This document shows, one piece after another, positions 11,851 to 25,149 of a stretch of DNA of 64,000 bases; within the stretch, counting starts at the first letter, position 1; each line of letters opens with the position of its first letter. The notes beneath the pieces are model-generated. The model did not search any database, had not been told where the DNA came from, and saw only the letters and a list, made by a program, of their open reading frames with translations. The position numbers were made by a program, and so were the translations under genes. Source of the DNA: Negaprion brevirostris (taxonomy: Eukaryota); contig JARDVH010000110.1 in the NCBI GenBank assembly GCA_030324005.1, positions 31,719,361 to 31,783,360 on the forward strand. The letters run 5' to 3'.

Positions 11851-14399
11851 CTTGTATTCGCAACAATACATTCATATGCTGGGCATAAAGTGTGATTTAG
11901 CGAAAGAGAAAATGGAGGTGAAGATTGCATTTAATTTGGGATCGTGTTCATTTTCAAATTACTGTGCTAAGAATAAAAAATAATGACCTTTGTGCATTCT
12001 GCAATTTAGAAAATGATTTATCTGTAAATATGTTATGATTTTAACACTGCAATCATAACACTTTTGAAATACACTACAAAATTGGAATTCAAATTACAAA
12101 AATAAATGACCTTGGCTGTATGTGTGTAATTTGTTCCTTTACAATATTCATGAAGATGATGTGATAAACATTTTCAAAATAAATTATGCTCATTAACTTC
12201 TACGATATGGTGAAGCTGATTTTACTCTGTTGGAGACTGTTGTCTAAAAAAAATTAAAGGGACACGCCTTTCCGGTTCCCTGGACAGGACTGCAACATGT
12301 GCAATGCATTCTATGGTTAGTCACAAGCCAAGTTGGAATTGGGGGCAACCTGAGATATGCATTAACCCCAACTCTGAATATCATAAGTAAGGAGCTTAAT
12401 CCCAGTTTCAGGCAAGTGTCCTGATGTGTTTAATCAGTGGGGAATGTGGTGCACATTTGACATGGATTGAGTTCTATTCCTAGCCAAACATGCTATTAAC
12501 AGGTCCAAGCAGCGGGTGATCGAGGGTGTCATTTGACCCAACTGTCCGTCCCTCTGCCACAACTATATTCACAGCCAGCAGTCCCTGGAAAGGGAGCATG
12601 CAGTGTCCAAGGGAACCACTGAGGCCTTCTTTGTTGATGGGGGACAGCAGGAACTGCAGACTATTATTGACCCCTTTAACCACATTTTGATTTAATGCTT
12701 CAATTTCCTTTCTGCTTTGTTCTATGTTTTGGGTGGTTCCCTTCCTTTTGGGGGCTGCCCTTCTTGTTGTGCCCTTGAGTTTGTTTGATTTAGTTCATTT
12801 GATTTACTAAAAAGAATGGTTGAGTGCTATTAGCCTCTTTAGCATCCGTTTCCCCACCTGAGAAACAGGTGCTGTGTAAACAAAGTTCTAGGCCAAAATG
12901 TTCTGAAAGGCAACAGTTTATAAATCTTGGCAAGTACCTTTAAATGTGCTGAGTAACCATTGATAAGTTATTTATTTTGCACTATAAAATAGCAAACTTT
13001 AAAATATCACACACGCAGTGCATCGGTAATTCCAAATAAGCCTTTCAGATTTAGATCCAGCTCCTACAGGGAAAAGAAATGTAACCTCTGTCAAGTGTAT
13101 TTATATTACAAACTACATCACTAGATCAGTGACGTGAGCTGCAAGTTTTCATTTCACAATGCCAAAACTACAGCATGTGACTTTTAATAGCCTGGATTCC
13201 TATTGCGTAACACAAAATCTAATAAAAGCAGTCCCATGGCTGCAACATAAGGAATGCCACTCATCCAACAAAAACTTTTTTGGCATTTGCACTTAAATTT
13301 GCCTTGGTGAATGATTTATCAACTAAATTATTAAGAAGAGGGATCAGAATATTCCACATTTTTAGCAAATCTAACAAAAGATATATAGCATTGTCTTGTA
13401 CAGAATGATAGGATTTAGTGTTAAGCCCAATGGGTTTTGTGGTTGGTGACAGTGTCTAAGTTTGTGGCCTGAACCATTTGAATTCCGGGGCTTAGTTTGC
13501 ACAGTAAGGAACACTGCAGCTAATAGCTGACAGGAGTAGAAGTTCATCATGGCTCATTCAATACAAATGTGGGGTTGGATTTAATGGAACCTGAGAGAAA
13601 GGATATGGGGACTGGGACAATGGGAAAGGAGTATCCACATTGGATTCCCAGGCAAAGTATTCACAAGTAAGTTGAAGGTAGGAACGGCTTGATCTCGAAA
13701 TCCTGCCCACCAGCTGCAGAAAGGCCATTGAGCTCATTAATGAGATACTTAATACTAATTGTCTCTGAGCCTGGTGGAATTTAATGATTCAAAACTCGCA
13801 CAGCTTTCCCAGGTCTCCCAAAGGCCTCCTAGCAAATCTGTTTCTTTATGGCTTTATGAGGGCATGGACCAGAAAGGGGAGGGGTGTGGGTGGAGGAGTG
13901 GGTCCTTAACTCACCGGTACTTTGTATCTGATCAAGTGACCCAGTATCCAGGGTGGGGGGAAGAATTGACAGCCACCCTCCTGTCCTTTCCTCTGGCATT
14001 CCCTTCCCCACCTCTTCACCAATCACCCACTCTCCCATTACTTGCCCTGTCCTGGGATCCAACACTGGTTCTGGGGATGGGTTTCATTGCATTACCAGCA
14101 GCAGCCACTGTACCTGGTGGCACTGCCTGAAATGGAAAGCTGCAGACTCCGATTGGTTGGCAGCTCTCAAGGCACGATTTCCATTTTCCAGGAACCTTAG
14201 CCACAGGAGGCTCAACACCTGGAGTTAAGTACCAGTCAGGCACATAACTGTGTAGGGCCATTCCTTCAGATGTGACACGTGGCTGTCCAAATGTCAGAGG
14301 AAGCCCACGTCACTGGAACAAAATCCAGCCTGTGGATTTCAAGCAAACGGAATAATTTATCACACCAAATCTAATGCAAGGTACTATCTGAATAATTAC

Positions 14400-14523
14400 T
14401 TATCAAGAGGACTTGATCTGGTTTCCCAGTAGCTGCTTCTTCCAGACTTTTGGATAGATTGGATGATACATGTACAACTTCGTCAGTATTTCCGAATAAA
14501 CCTTCCAGATGCAGGTCCGGCAC
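14400..14523 (-). CDS. ARHGEF37: ARHGEF37-like RhoGEF, second detected coding exon (DH domain)
   Basis: Acceptor tttccctttcctattAG and donor GTAATT; 124 nt, phase 0 to 1. Encodes VPDLHLEGLFGNTDEVVHVSSNLSKSLEEAATGKPDQVLLI, which continues the DH domain in frame from 30228 (compare the LFSNI/LFGNM motif of ARHGEF37/DNMBP). Confidence 0.88.
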
Positions 14524-15079
14524 CTAATAGGAAAGGGAAATGTGACCGCTGTAAAATGCTTTGTGTTACAAGCTGCATCACAATCATGGTCAACGATCGA
14601 TGTAGCGTTTTTTATTCTAATGGATAAACAAGTGGGNNNNNNNNNNNNNNNNNNNNNNNNNNNNNNNNNNNNNNNNNNNNNNNNNNNNNNNNNNNNNNNN
14701 NNNNNNNNNNNNNNNNNNNNNNNNNNNNNNNNNNNNGATGTAGCGTTTTTTATTATAATGGATAAACAAGTGGGCGAGATAATTGGTGCCTGTGGAAATC
14801 TGAAATAACAACACTGAAAATGTGCATCTGCATTCTTAAGACCTCTTCAAAACTGAATGCTTCCTCCTGGGAATGCTTCATCAGAATTCATGACTTCCCC
14901 TCAATGTTACCCCAGTCAAAGTGTTAAACTGTGTTCCTCTTTCAGATAGTTGTGGGCCCACTGTACATTTTGCACATCTTCTGTTTACTTTTTTATGAAT
15001 TGGATTGAAATTCTTACTAGTTGATAGTCATGAAATGTTAACAAAAGTTATTATAGCACATGATTCAAGCACACAGAAA

Positions 15080-15480
15080 TTACACTAATGCTGCAATGAA
15101 GTTACTGTGAAAATCCCCTAGTTGCCACACTCCAGTGCCGGTTTGGGTACATCAGGGGAGAATTTAGCATGGCTAATGCACCAAACCAGCGCATCTTTCA
15201 AACTGCGGGAGAAAATCAGAACACCCAGAGGAAACCCACAGAGAGACAAAGAGAACGTGCAGATTCCGCTTTATGGGAGCATGGGCCAGAAAAGGATGGG
15301 GCCTGGGTGGAGGACTGGGTCCTTAATCCACAGGTATTTTGTGTCTGATCAAATGGCTCAGTATCCGGGTTGGGGGTGGGGGGAAGAATTGACAGAGACA
15401 GTAACCCAAGCCGGGAATTGAAGCCAGGTCCCTAGCACTGTGAAAGAGCAGTGATACTGCTGTGTTGCCATGTGCCACCA
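15080..15480 (-). mobile_element. HE1-type SINE interrupted by a ~128-bp insert
   Basis: Reverse of the GGTGGCACA..GGCAACACAGCAG..CAATTCCCGGCTTGGGT head; the insert occupies 15268-15395. Confidence 0.8.
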
Positions 15481-17079
15481 TGTCATCCCGCCCACCTGTG
15501 TGAACCAAATCACCTTGCCATCTGGATGATGAAGGATACCTTCCTCACCCCGGGGCTTCTCAGACTTAAACAGGGGGATTCTGCATAATCCAGAAAGTCC
15601 GTCTCAGTCTCAAGCAGCTATATGCCTCCTCCAATTCCCTTCACTGGTTCTCCAGGAACCAGCAGAGGCTTCAGGCTGCTGCATTCATGGCTCTGACTCC
15701 TACCACACAGCAGCTTACCACTGATAGGTTCCTGCTTCTTCATTAGCCTGCTCCTCGTGGTTTCTGGCACTGTGCCTCAGCTTGGCACTGGAGAGGTCCA
15801 TAAACCAATTTCACTGCCCAGCCCTCTTGCAGACCACAGCCTTCTGCTGGTGAAGGCCACACTGTTAATATGGTAATACAAGAAATTTGAATGTTTGATT
15901 GCTGTAAGCAAGATTTTATCAGGTACATGCCTCTGATAACTGGGCTTAGAAACCTTGGATCTTGGCCTCTCTTATGAGATTGGAGAACTGCCAAAGGAAT
16001 TTTCATAGACAGTCACCTCTTATAATCCACCCTTTAATATTTACTTGTGAAAAAACTTAAGTAACTTGTGCCATGAAGCCATGATCAAAAACATTGTGTA
16101 CAACAATAGTTTAGTTACATCGGGAAGGAGAAAGCGTCAGTTCTTCAGCATGCAGAGGGGTAATCAGGATTGTTGGAACACACAACAGTAGGGTGGTGGA
16201 GGCAGGCACGCTAAAGTTGTTTAAGGTTTACTTAGATAGGCACATGAGCGGACTAGAGATGGAGGGATACAGGAGATTGTTCTAAATAAAGATCAAGAGC
16301 CTTGGGACATTCCTGGGAATCAATTGATTCCTATGGACATTCCAACATATTTCATGGCTTACTTGTCTTACTTCTGAGCTTCTGGGGATTCTGTGAATGT
16401 CTGTCTAAGTTGTGCATGTTTATTGATGTCTTTTACTTTAATCCACAGGTGATTCGGTCCGCCTNNNNNNNNNNNNNNNNNNNNNNNNNNNNNNNNNNNN
16501 NNNNNNNNNNNNNNNNNNNNNNNNNNNNNNNNNNNNNNNNNNNNNNNNNNNNNNNNNNNNNNNNAAAGGTCAGAGGTAGAAGAGGGCACTCACAATGTTA
16601 AAATGGCAGCGCGGGCTCATTGGGCCGAAGGGCCTGTTTCCCATGCTGCTTTGTTCTTTGTTCTTTGAATCATATATTCAACGATTTACATACAACATTA
16701 TCCACTCAGGAACCAACACATTAAACCCAATAGCCATCTACTCTCAGAACCAAAGGAGTATTTTACATGAAGCAAATTATAGAATTTGAATAGAACTTAT
16801 GTAGCATTTTAGGGAATTTTTTTTACCTCCAGAAACAGGAATCCAACATCCTGATCCCACATGGCGGGGAACTAATCACAGTCCAGTGTTTTCCTGGAGG
16901 TTAGTTCTCATTGACTGATGGCAATTAATGGCAATGGAATGGAGGCGAGATTTGTAAAGTGTGGGTTCCAGTTTAAAAACATGTTGACTGCCATTGCTGT
17001 TTTGATTCGGTAAATAATCTTCAGCTCAACAGGAGAGGTAGTGGCCTGGTAGTCAGGACAGGTCTTCCCCATGGTTCAC

Positions 17080-17250
17080 AGATACAGCCTGAAGCTGCAT
17101 GAAAGAGACGAGAGATACTGTTTCCAGAAGGTGGCAGGAGACAGCCACCCAGCCAAACGAAACAGGCCTGGCTGGAAGTGGCAGAAACTGAGCAGCATAA
17201 GCTCAGAGGAACTGAATGCAGAACGACAATGAGTTTTAATGACCTTCATT
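17080..17250 (+). mobile_element. Harbinger ORF2 (Myb/SANT-like DNA-binding) remnant
   Basis: Translates across frameshifts to PWFTDTA..KRREILFPEGGRRQPPSQTKQAWLEVAE..FNDL, resembling the Myb/SANT (NAIF1-like) partner protein. Confidence 0.65.
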
Positions 17251-17779
17251 GTGCAATCTGGCAAAGAGAGTGTAATGTGAAACATGGATGACAGGTCTCT
17301 AGCTCTGCAGCCTCCAGCAGACACATCAGCTGAGCAAACTGAGGATTTATGATGCCCCGATCATGAGAGAGATGTGTTTCCAGGATAATCATTAACCTCT
17401 GAGTAAAGCCCAGAGCCCAGGTGCTGTTGAGAACCAAACAGCATTGAGGCCTGGAACGTCTTGGCCCGTAACTTCCCCAGCCTTGATTTGGAGAAGATAT
17501 GCTGGGGAATCCCTCTTACAAGTTTTGAAGGAAGAGTTTAGGAGGGAAGTGCTGCCTTCCCTGGGTAATGGCGCTGCGCTGAAACCGTCCAACAAAGGGA
17601 CTTAAATCACTAACTGTGAATGGTTCTGCCAGGGTGACACTAATATTTACTCTGAAAAGATTAGAATAAAACCACTTCTAACTTCAGCGTAACTAGTTTA
17701 AATACTCAGATCAATTCCCGCAAAGATTCCCCTCACAATCTTGACCTCACAGGGGACTTCTTCTGTGCCATCACTAAGT

Positions 17780-18430
17780 ATCCCACCATACAGTTTACTC
17801 CATCCCTGTTCCCATACCCGCAAAAATTCCCCAGCAATCTCCCTCCCATGCCTCTGACCCTCACCGCACCACATTCCACACCAACCTGGCTAGATCCATT
17901 CCTGCACTTGACTTGACCTGACCCGATCCAAACCAACTGGAATTCCGTACCCCGCACTGACCCAACCTGACTCTTCCACTCCACCCAGACCTAACCCCAC
18001 CCCCACCTACACCACCGCCACAAACTGACCCAACCTCGCATCTCTAATCTAACCTCCTCAGATCCAAACTTCCCCATCTCTGACCCACCCCATCCCCCCA
18101 TCGTCCAAATTCCTGAGGCCCCCCCCAACTCCCCAATGTTCCGACTCCATCACCCTACAATGTCCGACCCCCCCCCCCCCCACCAATGTCCAACTCCCCA
18201 AACCACTCAATGCCTGATCCCCCCACCAACCCCACCAAATGCCTGACCTTCCCAACATCTGACCCCTGCTACAATGTCCAACCCTCCCTCATGCCCAACC
18301 ATCCAAAATGTCTGACCCCTCCAAGCCACCAATGTCCGATTCCCCCACTTCCCCAATGTATGACCTTACCCTACCTACTCCAAAGTCCAAACTCCCACCC
18401 CCATGTCAACCATCCCCCAATATCCTGCAG
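17780..18430. repeat. C-rich low-complexity degenerate tandem repeat
   Basis: Recurrent CCCCAATGTCCGACC / CCCAACCTGA units. Confidence 0.8.
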
Positions 18431-18464
18431 GACCAAGTGATGGAGAAATGGGAACACCCAGACA

Positions 18465-18615
18465 CCTAGAGGATTGCCTTATGAAGATAGATTGAGGGAG
18501 CTAGGTCTCTTCTCCCTGGAGAGACGAAAGTTGAGAGACGACCTGATAGAGGTTTATAAAATGTTGAGAGGAATAGATAGGGTGGATTCTCGGAGGCTAT
18601 TTCCCAGGGCTGAAA
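18465..18615 (+). mobile_element. CR1 3' fragment running into a gap
   Basis: Peptide [37 protein letters not shown]. Confidence 0.9.
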
Positions 18616-21293
18616 NNNNNNNNNNNNNNNNNNNNNNNNNNNNNNNNNNNNNNNNNNNNNNNNNNNNNNNNNNNNNNNNNNNNNNNNNNNNNNNNNNNNN
18701 NNNNNNNNNNNNNNNNNNNNNNNNNNNNNNNNNNNNNNNNNNNNNNNNNNNNNNNNNNNNNNNNNNNNNNNNNNNNNNNNNNNNNNNNNNNNNNNNNNNN
18801 NNNNNNNNNNNNNNNNNNNNNNNNNNNNNNNNNNNNNNNNNNNNNNNNNNNNNNNNNNNNNNNNNNNNNNNNNNNNNNNNNNNNNNNNNNNNNNNNNNNN
18901 NNNNNNNNNNNNNNNNNNNNNNNNNNNNNNNNNNNNNNNNNNNNNNNNNNNNNNNNNNNNNNNNNNNNNNNNNNNNNNNNNNNNNNNNNNNNNNNNNNNN
19001 NNNNNNNNNNNNNNNNNNNNNNNNNNNNNNNNNNNNNNNNNNNNNNNNNNNNNNNNNNNNNNNNNNNNNNNNNNNNNNNNNNNNNNNNNNNNNNNNNNTG
19101 GCATGCGTGTAGATTGCACGCCATCCTCTGTAACATTGACTTGTCATTGAAACTGATGATGCAAAGAAGCATGAACTGCATGTCAGTTGTGCCCAGCTAG
19201 ACGTCCCCTCCAATGAATCAGAGCAGTAGCCAAGGGCCTGAGGCAGTCACAGTACAAATCAGGGTGTATCCTCACACAGGGCATTATCATTTGGCCTGCT
19301 TTGCCCCACTAACTGAAGAACTATCTGTGAAGCAAGGCCCAGTGTTGGAGGCAATCTCTGCAACAGTCCAGGTACTGCAGCTTCTGGAGATGCTGCCACT
19401 GACAATTCTGCAATGAGGCCAACCACTATATAACATCACAACTTCAAGTAGAATGTGACTGTCTCCACAGCCCATAAGGGGAGCACCACATAGGAGTGAC
19501 CATTGAGTCACTCGGAGCAATGAATGGTTGATTGGGGTCCATTTCACTGTAAGAGTGCACTTTATAACTTTCTCTAACACTGTAAATGTTGACACATGAC
19601 CCAGATACACAAGGTTCCATTCTTCCATGTAAAATTGGAAAAGAGGAATGAAGTGAAGAAAGTAAGCTGTAGTCTTTGAAAGGACATGACAAGGCTGCTA
19701 GACAGATGTATGCTATGCATTGGCCCTAAATATTGATTTAAAGTTATGTCTTCAATAGGTGAGTTCTCAAAGGCAGGTCAAAGTAAATTTCAGAACATGC
19801 AGTTCTGTTGGTGTAAACCACTCTGATAAAATAAGCCAGGATCAGATGATTCTTAGCATTCATGGCTGTGTCCCATGCTTCAGATTCCCTAGCAGATTAA
19901 CAAATTCAACTGGCCAATAATCCAAATCGGGCAGATTACTGAGTTCCGCCTTTAAACCTTTTGATCAAAATCACCGGCGGTAAGATTGGCAACGGCAAAG
20001 ACAACTTTCCACAGCGTAAATGTTTACATCCACATGGCTGCATACTCACCCCCAGTTAGGTCTAAAAATCCTGCCTCTTGAATTTGAAGATGTCTGATGG
20101 TAAAGGAATATATGGCAATGGAATCGAGGATATTTCAAGATGACTGATGTGCATTTAATGTCTCTGTGATGTAAGTATTTGCCTCCTGCTGATTAAGTTA
20201 ATAGCTGTCCAGTGAATTCCTTGGCACGTGGTTAGGCCAGCTTCTGCCTTTGGTTGCTTATACCTTCCGTCTCCTGACTGAGTTATTGCCGTGCAACATT
20301 ACAGGGCAATACTGTGGAGGAACAAAACACAAAATACATAGACACTGCGTTCCACTGCACTACAGCACATTCTTTGTTCACCTAAGATCCTGGTGGAAGC
20401 AAGTGCCATTTTACTCCTTACCTCAGATCGTATCCTTGGGTTTAATAAGATATTTCTGTCGTGACACCATCATACCCCCAGGTCCCCTCCACAGCCTCCA
20501 GCAACTGTTCTTGTTGTCAAGGGCATGGTGGAATGTTATGGAGTAAAAGAGTGTTCGAAGTTTTCAGTTTCTTGGAGATTTACAGAGATTAGTCAGTTCT
20601 TAGAATTGCAGACTAGCTGCACGTTATGTTCAGGAATTAAATGGTACTGGAGTTAGGGTTAAATTGGCTACATGAATGTAATCACGAATGCCTGTCACTC
20701 TGGAGAGTTCAATAAAATGTTGCTTGCTGCATTTTGTCAATAAAAATTAATGAAGCTACGGATGCTGTAAGAAAATGGAAAATTTGACCTAGATTTCCCA
20801 AGGTAATTTGGAATAAACCTGCTGCATAAAAGTTCAATGCTGCTGATTTCTTCACAGCCATTGGACAGAGATGGCACAGCCATTGACACCTGCCCCAGAA
20901 ATGATTCCAACTCTTGGCTACAGAAGGTTACATCATTCTGCAAATTACAGTTTTTGCATATCTTGGAACATGTGCTGGTATAATAGCTTGGCCCTGTACA
21001 AACAGGTGACAGCATATGATAGGATCCTAATGGAGTCTTGAGGTGAAAATGCTAATTTGCACTCCCGGTTTCTGAAATTCCATAACAGAAGTATATATTC
21101 AAAAAAACAGCCATTAATGCTTCAGGAGGTTTCATTACTTTCTTTTCTCCCACAGAAACAGTATCCTGTATAACACAGAAGCGGTAGATTTCAAACAATG
21201 GCACAAAATGGCTGTCTGTTTAAGAATAGAGACCTTCCATAAAATTAATGACCACAATGAATTATGTATCAGTGACCTACAACAGAAGGTTCT

Positions 21294-21645
21294 GGGTGGC
21301 ATGGTAGCACAGTGGTTAGCATTGCTGCTTCACAGCTCCAGGGTCCTGGGTTCGATTCCCGGCTCAGGTCACTGTCTGTGNNNNNNNNNNNNNNNNNNNN
21401 NNNNNNNNNNNNNNNNNNNNNNNNNNNNNNNNNNNNNNNNNNNNNNNNNNNNNNNNNNNNNNNNNNNNNNNNNNNNNNNNTGATTGGCCGTGCTAAGAAA
21501 TTGCCCCCTTCGTATCCAGGGATGTGTTGGTTAGAGGGATTAGTGGGTATAATATGTTGGGATAGGGGGGTAGGGCCTGGGTGGGATTGTGTTCGATGCA
21601 GACTCGAAGGGCCTCTTTCTGCACTGTAGGGTTCTATGATTCTAT
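21294..21645 (+). mobile_element. HE1-type SINE (spans a gap)
   Basis: Head GGTAGCACAGTGGTTAGCATTGCTGC..GGTTCGATTCCCGG and a CR1-like (TTCTATGA)n tail. Confidence 0.88.
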
Positions 21646-22279
21646 GAAGATGCAAATGTGCACTGAAAATGGGTGATGTAAAAGATTTCCCATGGTTACT
21701 TGGAATAAACCTGCCATATAAAAGCTCAGCGCAGCATTGATTTGATATTGGTTTTGAGAAGAAGAATATGTTGTGTTCAAACATATCAATGGGAGCTCAT
21801 TATGTAGAATGATATGAAAGGTCTAGCATGGAAATAGACTATTTGGCCCAGAGCGAAAGAGTGCTACAGAGGATTGGTCTGTGTTGCCTTTAGGAATTCA
21901 TGATAGTGAGGTGACTGAGGCTGGCTCCGAGACATATGTCCCACCAGGGTGGCAGTAGAATGGACACCACCAGATGGAGGGAGAAGACCGAGCAGGCCAC
22001 AGAAAAAAAACTTGGTGCAGTACATTTAAGAGGACCTCTAAGAGTGGGATACCAACTGGGCTGGAGTGAAAGGGATTGTGATGCACCAGGCGTAGTGACA
22101 GACACTTGCTGCGCATCATCCTACATGGGACCGAAGGAACTAAATCTAAGTCATGTAATTCATGGTGGCAGATCGTGAGAGAGAGCTTCTGCTAGAACTA
22201 TATAGATCTCAAGTTAGAATGTAACTAGAATGCTTCCTAAAGTTCCGGTCACAGCACAAGAGCAAGGACAAGATAACAC

Positions 22280-23560
22280 TGGGGAGGGTATAGAGGGAAT
22301 TTACAAGAATGCTGCAAGGAATGGAAAAAATTAGCTCCGAGGAAAAACTGGATAAGCCGGAACAGAAGGAACTGGGGAAGATTTAATTGAGGTGTCGAGT
22401 GGATAGAAAGGATCTATTTCCGTAGCAGAAAGATCGTTAACTGGGTACACGGAGTTAAAATAATTAGTAGAAGGAATTAGAGGGAGATTGAAGATAAATA
22501 TTTTTCACGCTGGTGTGGTTGGGATCTGGAACTCACTTCTTCAAAGTTGAAAGAATCAGAAACCCTCATCACATTAAAAAAGCATTTGAATATGTACTCC
22601 AATTGCTGAAACTTATAGGGCTACAGAACAAAACCTGGGAGGTGGATTAGGCTAGATAATTCTTAAGCAGTTGACAATGATGGACCAAATGAGTCAAAGA
22701 GTAGGTTAGAAAGTATGAGAATACATAAGGAGGATATAAATAGGTTGAGTAAATGGGTAAAAATTTAGGTACAATGTGGAAAAATGTAAATTTGTTGACT
22801 TCAGCAGGAAGAATAAAAAAGCAAAGTATTACTTAAAACATAGAATGACTGCAGAATTCCAAGGTGCAGAGCAATCGAGGTGTTTTGTAATGTCACAAAT
22901 AGTTAACATGCAGGTACAGCAAATAATTAAGAAAGCTTATGGGATACTGTCCTTTATTATGAAAGAATGTTATGTTTCAGTTATAGAGGACGCTAGTGAG
23001 ACCATATCTTGAATAATGTGTGCAGTTCTACTGTCCTTATTTAAGGAATGGTGAAGATGTGTTGGAGGTGGTTCACAGGAGGATTACTAGGTTGATATCT
23101 GAAATGAGCGGATTGATTTTTGAACAAAAGGTTGGACAGCCTGGGCTTATTTCCATTACAGTTTCAAAGAGTGAGGGATGACTTAATTGAAATATATAAG
23201 ATCCTGAATAATCTTGACAAGGTGGACATGGGGAAAGGATTCTTCCTCTTGTGGCGAGTCCAGAACTAGGGACACAGTTTTGGAATTAAGGATACCTTTT
23301 TAGGACAAAGATGGGGAGAATATTTTTCTCTCGGAGGGTTGCACAACTTCAGAACGCTCTGCCTCAGAAGATGACAGAGGCAGGGTCATTAAAAACTTTC
23401 AAAGTGGATATACATAGATTCTTGTTAGGCAAGAAAATCAAAGGTTATCGAGGATAGACTGAATGTAGAATTCAAAACACAAATAGATCAGCCATGATCT
23501 TATTCAATACTGGAACAGGCCAATGGCCCTCCTTCTGCACCTAATTCATATGTTCATATG
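22280..23560 (+). mobile_element. Two consecutive degraded CR1 3' fragments
   Basis: Peptide EKCKFVDFSRKNKKAKYYL..QVQQIIKKAYGILSFI plus CR1 3' UTR motifs. Confidence 0.8.
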
Positions 23561-24525
23561 CTTGTAAGGCTTATATATGCTCATATGCTTCATAAGGCTT
23601 CCTTCTGTGGCTCAAATTTTTCTATGGGCAGGATTTTTTCGGATGGCGGNNNNNNNNNNNNNNNNNNNNNNNNNNNNNNNNNNNNNNNNNNNNNNNNNNN
23701 NNNNNNNNNNNNNNNNNNNNNNNNNNNNNNNNNNNNNNNNNNNNNNNNNCATGGATGAGAGGGGTGTGGAGGGATATAGTCCAGGTGCAGGTCAGTGGGA
23801 CTAGGCAGAAAAATGGTTCGGCACAGCCAAGAAGGGCCAAAGGGCTTGTTTCTGTGCTGTAGCATTCTGTGGTTCTATTGTTCTAAGAACCGAGAAATCA
23901 GCTTCACGCTTGATTTTCTCATCCCTCGCGATCTTACTGGCACTGGTTATTCGGTGCAATCAGTCTTGTATTCATTTTCAGCGCGAGGCTGAATAATTTA
24001 TTTAAATTGTATTTAAATATATTCTGAATTGAATTACTGAGCTTGGGACATTATCATCTGCGCTCACTTGTCTCTGTGGTCTTGCTCAGAGAGATTCTGT
24101 CTGGCGAAAATCACAGATGGTCACCAGGAACAGGGATCAGATGTGATGGCTTTGCCAGTAGAACTGGAGGCCATTGAGACCCCCGGGAGAGGTGAGAGGA
24201 AAAGGGATTTTGCCCCTACTAGGCCACAAGCCCCGCAGTAGCTGGCTAAGAGGGGCAGAAACTGAGTGACCATCCTCTGCTGCTAGACTCTGCACATGTG
24301 CAATTGCGCCCTCTGCTGTCTTAACCAGTGTTAGGGCAACCCCACCACCTCACCTATAGGTGAGAAACCAATTTTGAGGTTTATTTTGTCCATGTGCATA
24401 ATGTAGCAGATTTGAACTTGCCCCAAAAACGGATCAGAAACTCTCCCGTTTTCATGCCCATCCTGGACTTAGAATTTTTTTTCAGAAGATCACCACCCTG
24501 ATCTATCAAGTATTACAGAGCTCCT

Positions 24526-25040
24526 TGTTGTAGGTAAAATAATACTTCCGAGACCAGTTGTAAGTCAAAGTATAGCAAGTTTATTCAAAAGTTTTTGGCA
24601 TATACACCTCGTACCAACAGCAGTTCCCCAGGCTTTCTCCGAACACAAATTAAGAGCACATATTAATACCCCCGCAAGCATGTACGCATTTTCCCATTCT
24701 TGGAAGGTTCCCAGGCTGTGGCTTGTCCTCCATCGTGTGAACATGGCTGCCTTGATGGTTTCTTCATGGTTATCTCAAGGTCACAATTGTCCCACATCTC
24801 AACACCTGTGGTGTGATTAGCTATTAGCTAACATACAGGCCGGCACAAACAAGTTAACTGCGTACAAGGTAACGGGGCCGATTTAACAATTTTATGTTCG
24901 GAGGTACCTGTATAGCATATAATATATTGGTACATAATACGTAAACAGTACATAACAACTAAATGTGAAGGCATGCATGTAAGCTCCACTTGGTTAGACA
25001 GAATTCCATAATAAAGACACAAAAGTAGACACTAGCCACA
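24526..25040. mobile_element. Two adjacent short LTR-like repeats
   Basis: TGTTG...CAACA (24526-24804, AATAAA on the - strand) and TGTGG...CCACA (24807-25040, AATAAA on the + strand). No clear 4-6 bp TSD. Confidence 0.35.
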
Positions 25041-25149
25041 TTCCTGAACACAATTAGCTGGGACTATCATAAACTTGTGCACAACAGCAGGGACAGCTCC
25101 TTTCTTATCTGTCTGGGATACACAAAAACAAGTCTTACAATACTTTTTT

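Noticed and set aside
12985-13063. Minus-strand acceptor followed by ELDLNLKGLFGITDALRV, reminiscent of the DH 'GLFG' motif
   Set aside because: A stop follows after 18 codons, and the genuine exon for this motif is at 14400-14523.
14599-14774. 38-bp direct repeat on either side of a 100-N gap
   Set aside because: Near-identical flanks around a fixed-size gap indicate unmerged overlapping contigs or alleles, not a real duplication.
21294-21365. tRNA-like A/B boxes here and at other SINE heads
   Set aside because: They are SINE heads continuous with the SINE body and tail, not tRNA genes.
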